From: a virus
Lineage: Duplodnaviria; Heunggongvirae; Uroviricota; Caudoviricetes
IMG/VR virus record: IMGVR_UViG_2778261696_000006
Direction: 5' to 3' (one strand)
DNA length: 28,988 nucleotides
Shown here: positions 24,887-28,988 of the stretch, in pieces
Numbering within the stretch: position 1 is the stretch's first letter
Layout of the letters: each line of letters starts with the position of its first letter
Program-made: the position numbers and the translations under genes
The notes under the pieces: model-generated
Seen by the model: the letters and a program-made list of their open reading frames with translations, nothing else
Database searches by the model: none
Told to the model about the DNA's origin: nothing

Positions 24887-27323
24887 TAACCTGAGACTTG
24901 AGGTTTTGCTGAAAGCGGTCGACCAGGCGACCCGACCGCTTAAATCCATCCAGACCGCGAGTAAAACCCTGTCGGGCGATATTCGCGACACACAAAAAGG
25001 GCTGCGTGACCTGAACGGGCAGGCCGCGAAAATCGACGGCTTTCGCAAAACCAGCGCTCAACTGGCCGTAACCGGCCAGTCGCTGGAGAAGGCAAAGCGC
25101 GAGGCTGAAGCGCTTGCCACGCAATTCAAAAATACTGAGCGCCCGACGCGAGCGCAGGCACAGGTGCTCGAATCCGCAAAACGTGCCGCCGAGGGGCTGC
25201 AGGTTAAATACAACAGCCTCACCGAGTCGGTTAAACGCCAGCAACGCGAGCTAGGTGCCGCCGGTATCAATACCCGCAATCTGGCAAACGATGAGCGGGG
25301 GCTTAAAACACGCATCAGCGAGACGACGGCGCAGCTCAACCGGCAGCGCGAAGCATTGGCGAAGGTCAGCGCACAGCAGGCGCACCTAAACCGAGTGAAA
25401 GAGCGATATAAATCGGGTAAGGAACTTGCCGGTAACATGGCCGCTGCAGGTGCTGCCGGGGTCGGTATTGCGACAGCGGGAACGATGGCCGGGGTTAAAT
25501 TGCTGATGCCCGGTTATGACTTTGCGCAAAAAAACTCCGAGCTGCAAGCTGTGCTCGGGGTCGATAAGCAGTCACCAGAAATGGAGGCGCTACGCAAACA
25601 GGCACGCCAGCTCGGTGACAATACAGCCGCTTCTGCTGATGATGCAGCCAGTGCGCAGATTATTATCGCCAAAGGGGGCGGCGATGCGGCAGCCATTCAG
25701 GCGACGACACCGGTCACCCTCAATATGGCGCTTGCCAACCGTCGCACGATGGAAGAAAACGCCGCATTACTGATGGGGATGCGCTCTGCGTTTCAGCTTT
25801 CCAATGACAAGGTGGCGCACATTGGCGACGTTCTGTCGACGGTGATGAATAAAACTGCTGCCGATTTCGACGGGCTGAGCGATGCGCTGACATACGCCGC
25901 GCCGGTGGCGAAAAATGCCGGTGTCAGCATTGAAGAAACTGCCGCAATGGTGGGCGCCCTGCATGACGCCAAAATCACCGGCTCGATGGCCGGCACCGGG
26001 AGCCGTGCGGTTTTAAGCCGCCTGCAGGCTCCGACCGGTAAAGCGTGGGATGCGCTTAAGGAGCTGGGTGTCAAAACTTCCGACAGTAAAGGCAACACGC
26101 GCCCGATTTTTACCATCCTCAAAGAAATACAAGCCAGCTTTAAGCGCAACAACCTCGGTACAGGTCAAAAAGCCGAGTATATGAAAACGATATTCGGCGA
26201 GGAAGCCAGTTCCGCTGCAAGTGTGTTAATGGCCGCAGCGGCCAGTGGAAAACTGGATGAACTGACCAAGATAATTAAGGATTCTGACGGTAAAACCGAG
26301 GAATTGGTTAAGGTCATGCAGGATAACTTAGGTGGCGACTTCAAAGAGTTTCAATCCGCTTATGAGGCCGTCGGTACCGACCTCTACGACCAGCAAGATA
26401 GCTCATTGCGTCAGCTAACTCAGACAGCAACACGGTATGTGCTAAAGCTTGATGGCTGGATCAAAGACAACAAGGAGTTAGCGGAAACTATCGGCATCAT
26501 CGCCGGTGGTGCGCTGGCGCTGATTGGTATCATCGGCGGCATTGGTCTCGTTGCGTGGCCGGTTGTCATGGGGATTAATGCCATTATCGCCGCTGCTGGC
26601 GTGCTGGGTACGGTCTTTACTGTCGTCGGTAGTGCCATTGCGACAGCGCTCGGTGCGATTACCTGGCCGATAGTGGCCGTCGGTGCGGCGATTGTGGCGG
26701 GGGCGCTACTCATCCGTAAATATTGGGAGCCCATCAGCGCATTTTTCTCGGGAGTGATTGAGGGCATCATGAGTGCCTTTGCCCCAGTCGGGGAAATGTT
26801 CGCTCCACTGGCTCCCATTTTTGATGGTCTCGGCGAGAAACTGCGCGGCGTCTGGCAGTGGTTTAAAGACCTGATAGCACCGGTTAAGGCCACGCAGGAA
26901 ACGCTTGATAGCTGCAAAAATGTCGGCGTCATATTTGGTCAGGCACTGGCCTCTGCCTTGATGGCTCCGCTCAATGTTTTTAACAAGCTGCGCAGCGGTG
27001 TCGACTGGCTTCTCGAAAAGCTCGGCATCATCAACAAAGAGTCGGACAGCCTCGACCAGACCGCCGCCAAAACCAATGCCGCCACACAGGGTAATTCCTA
27101 CATCCCGGCAACCAGCACATATGGCGGCTATCAGGCTTATCAGCCAGTTACCGCACCGGCGGGGCGCTCTTACATTGACCAGAGCAAAAGCGAATACAAC
27201 ATCAATCTGCCGGGAGGTGTTGCGCCGGGGCATCAGCTTGACAGACAACTACGCGACACGCTCGAACAGATTGAGCGCGATAAACGCGCCCGCCAGCGTG
27301 CCAACATGACCCACGACTATTGA
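24879..27323 (+). CDS. T: Tail tape measure protein (P2 gpT)
   Basis: 814 aa, low-complexity Ala/Gly-rich central region, P2 T size and position. Confidence 0.9.
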   Translation: MSNNLRLEVLLKAVDQATRPLKSIQTASKTLSGDIRDTQKGLRDLNGQAAKIDGFRKTSAQLAVTGQSLEKAKREAEALATQFKNTERPTRAQAQVLESAKRAAEGLQVKYNSLTESVKRQQRELGAAGINTRNLANDERGLKTRISETTAQLNRQREALAKVSAQQAHLNRVKERYKSGKELAGNMAAAGAAGVGIATAGTMAGVKLLMPGYDFAQKNSELQAVLGVDKQSPEMEALRKQARQLGDNTAASADDAASAQIIIAKGGGDAAAIQATTPVTLNMALANRRTMEENAALLMGMRSAFQLSNDKVAHIGDVLSTVMNKTAADFDGLSDALTYAAPVAKNAGVSIEETAAMVGALHDAKITGSMAGTGSRAVLSRLQAPTGKAWDALKELGVKTSDSKGNTRPIFTILKEIQASFKRNNLGTGQKAEYMKTIFGEEASSAASVLMAAAASGKLDELTKIIKDSDGKTEELVKVMQDNLGGDFKEFQSAYEAVGTDLYDQQDSSLRQLTQTATRYVLKLDGWIKDNKELAETIGIIAGGALALIGIIGGIGLVAWPVVMGINAIIAAAGVLGTVFTVVGSAIATALGAITWPIVAVGAAIVAGALLIRKYWEPISAFFSGVIEGIMSAFAPVGEMFAPLAPIFDGLGEKLRGVWQWFKDLIAPVKATQETLDSCKNVGVIFGQALASALMAPLNVFNKLRSGVDWLLEKLGIINKESDSLDQTAAKTNAATQGNSYIPATSTYGGYQAYQPVTAPAGRSYIDQSKSEYNINLPGGVAPGHQLDRQLRDTLEQIERDKRARQRANMTHDY

Positions 27324-27336
27324 GGGGGATTAAACG

Positions 27337-27822
27337 ATGATGCTTGCTCTCGGAATGTTTGTGTTTGAACTTCGCACCCTGCCTTACCAGTCGATGCAGC
27401 ATTCGAAAGATTATCGCTGGGTGTCCAATGACCGGGTGGGTAAACCACCTGCCTATCAGTTTCTTGGCGAGGGAGAAAATTCTATACAGCTTGCTGGTAC
27501 GCTATACCCCGCTATCACTGGCGGTTGGATCTCACTTAAGGCTGTAGAGGTGATGGCCAATGAAGGCAGAGCGTGGCCGTTGATAGAGGGAACCGGAAAT
27601 ATCCTCGGGGTGTATATCGTCGATAAAGTATCGACTACACGCACCGAGTTTTTCAGTGATGGTGCGGCCAGAAAGATTGATTTCACGCTTTCGCTAAAAC
27701 GGGTTGATGAATCGCTGACAGAGATGTTTGGTGACCTGAATAAACAGGCCAGTGAGCTTCTCGGCTCTGCCGGTAATTTGACAGATAAACTGCAGGGTAT
27801 GCCCGGAGGTTTCACTGCATGA
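27337..27822 (+). CDS. U: Tail protein U (P2 gpU)
   Basis: 161 aa, P2 U size and position. Confidence 0.85.
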   Translation: MMLALGMFVFELRTLPYQSMQHSKDYRWVSNDRVGKPPAYQFLGEGENSIQLAGTLYPAITGGWISLKAVEVMANEGRAWPLIEGTGNILGVYIVDKVSTTRTEFFSDGAARKIDFTLSLKRVDESLTEMFGDLNKQASELLGSAGNLTDKLQGMPGGFTA

Positions 27823-28988
27823 TAACGGGGATGGCAATTGACGCCGGTGCCAGCCTTGCACCGGCTTTTATGCTGACGCTGAACAGTCAGGACATTACCA
27901 GCAACTTCAGCGACCGGCTGATTTCTCTCACCATGACGGACAATAGGGGCTTTGAAGCTGACCAGCTCGACATTGAGCTCGATGACACCGATGGGAAAGT
28001 CGAGTTACCCCTGCGCGGGGCAGTGCTGACGTTGTGGCTTGGCTGGCAGGGTTCGGCGCTGCTGAATAAGGGGGATTTTACGGTCGATGAGATTGAGCAC
28101 CGGGGGGCTCCTGATACCCTGACCATCCGGGCGCGCAGCGCGGACTTTCGCGGCACGCTAAATTCCAGGCGTGAAGAGTCATGGCACGACACCACCATCG
28201 GCGAACTGGTCAGTACCATCGCAAAGCGCAACAAACTGACGGCCAGCATTGCGGAATCGCTGAAAAAAATCCCGGTACCGCATATCGACCAGTCGCAGGA
28301 ATCCGACGCGGTATTTTTGAGTCGACTGGCTGACCGCAACGGGGCAACGGTATCGGTGAAGGCAGGGAAACTGTTGTTTCTGAAAGCCGGTAGTGCGATG
28401 ACGGCCAGCGGCAAACCCGTCCCGCAAATGACGCTGACCCGCAGTGATGGTGACCGTCATCAGTTTGCCATTGCCGACCGTGGGGCTTATACCGGCGTCA
28501 CTGCTAAATGGTTGCACACCAAAGACCCGAAGCCACAAAAGCAGAAAGTAACGCTGAAACGCAAGCCAAAAGAGAAGCACCTGCGCGCACTGGAACACCC
28601 AAAAGCAAAGCCGGTCAGCAAAAAGACAAAGGTCAAAAAAGAACAGGAAGCACGTGAGGGTGAGTACATGGCCGGTGAAGCCGATAACGTGCTGGCGCTG
28701 ACGACGGTCTATGCCTCAAAGGCACAGGCGATGCGCGCCGCTCAGGCTAAGTGGGATAAACTGCAGCGAGGCGTTGCGGAGTTTTCAATCACACTGGCGC
28801 TAGGGCGAGCGGATTTATTTCCTGAGACGCCTGTACGCGTGTCAGGCTTTAAGCGCGTCATAGACGAGCAGGCATGGTTAATCAGCAAGGTGACCCACAA
28901 CCTCAATAATAACGGTTTCACGACGGGCTTAGAGCTTGAGGTTAAACTCTCCGATGTGGAGTACAGCTCAGAAGAAAATGAGGAGTGA
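27819..28988 (+). CDS. D: Tail protein D (P2 gpD), complete; stop at window end
   Basis: 389 aa, overlapping start with U stop, P2 D size and position. Confidence 0.85.
   Translation: MITGMAIDAGASLAPAFMLTLNSQDITSNFSDRLISLTMTDNRGFEADQLDIELDDTDGKVELPLRGAVLTLWLGWQGSALLNKGDFTVDEIEHRGAPDTLTIRARSADFRGTLNSRREESWHDTTIGELVSTIAKRNKLTASIAESLKKIPVPHIDQSQESDAVFLSRLADRNGATVSVKAGKLLFLKAGSAMTASGKPVPQMTLTRSDGDRHQFAIADRGAYTGVTAKWLHTKDPKPQKQKVTLKRKPKEKHLRALEHPKAKPVSKKTKVKKEQEAREGEYMAGEADNVLALTTVYASKAQAMRAAQAKWDKLQRGVAEFSITLALGRADLFPETPVRVSGFKRVIDEQAWLISKVTHNLNNNGFTTGLELEVKLSDVEYSSEENEE

Larger units (their letters stand above)
1..28988. mobile_element. P2/186-family prophage, integrase-proximal end through tail gene D (boundaries outside or at window edges)
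   Basis: Colinear P2-type late gene order Q-P-O-N-M-L-X-Y-K-R-S-V-W-J-I-H-G-FI-FII-E-T-U-D, 186-type early region, cos sequence at 7939-7957, integrase at left end. Confidence 0.9.

Overview
The window is almost entirely one temperate P2/186-family myovirus prophage, running from the integrase-proximal end (int at 173-1222) through tail gene D, which ends at the last base. The early region is 186-type: integrase, a CI repressor with a 186-CI-like C-terminal domain, an Apl/Cox-like gene, CII, Fil-like and small genes, a TraR/DksA zinc-finger protein, the rolling-circle initiator A, then a LexA-box-controlled small-ORF plus DinI-like operon. The cos site (GGCGTGGCGGGGAAAGCAT, 7939-7957) is followed by sequence resembling the P2 left end as I recall it. 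The late region is a colinear P2-type block: Q, P, O, N, M, L, X, Y, K, Rz/Rz1-like spanins, R, S, V, W, J, I, H, G, FI, FII, E/E+E', T, U, D. No tRNA, rRNA or CRISPR array was seen. I did not find a recognisable multi-gene defence system; the cargo in the accessory positions is small and uncharacterised. The observations most worth a second look are: a Gin/Hin-type invertible tail-fibre segment whose invertase has an internal deletion; a CI repressor with a tandemly duplicated N-terminal DNA-binding domain; a signal-peptide protein inserted between cI and int; two copies of a structured ~65 bp element flanking an orphan 69-aa ORF just upstream of cos; and a DUF2188-like gene inserted between cos and the portal gene. 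All homology statements are from reading the translations against remembered family features, not from database searches.
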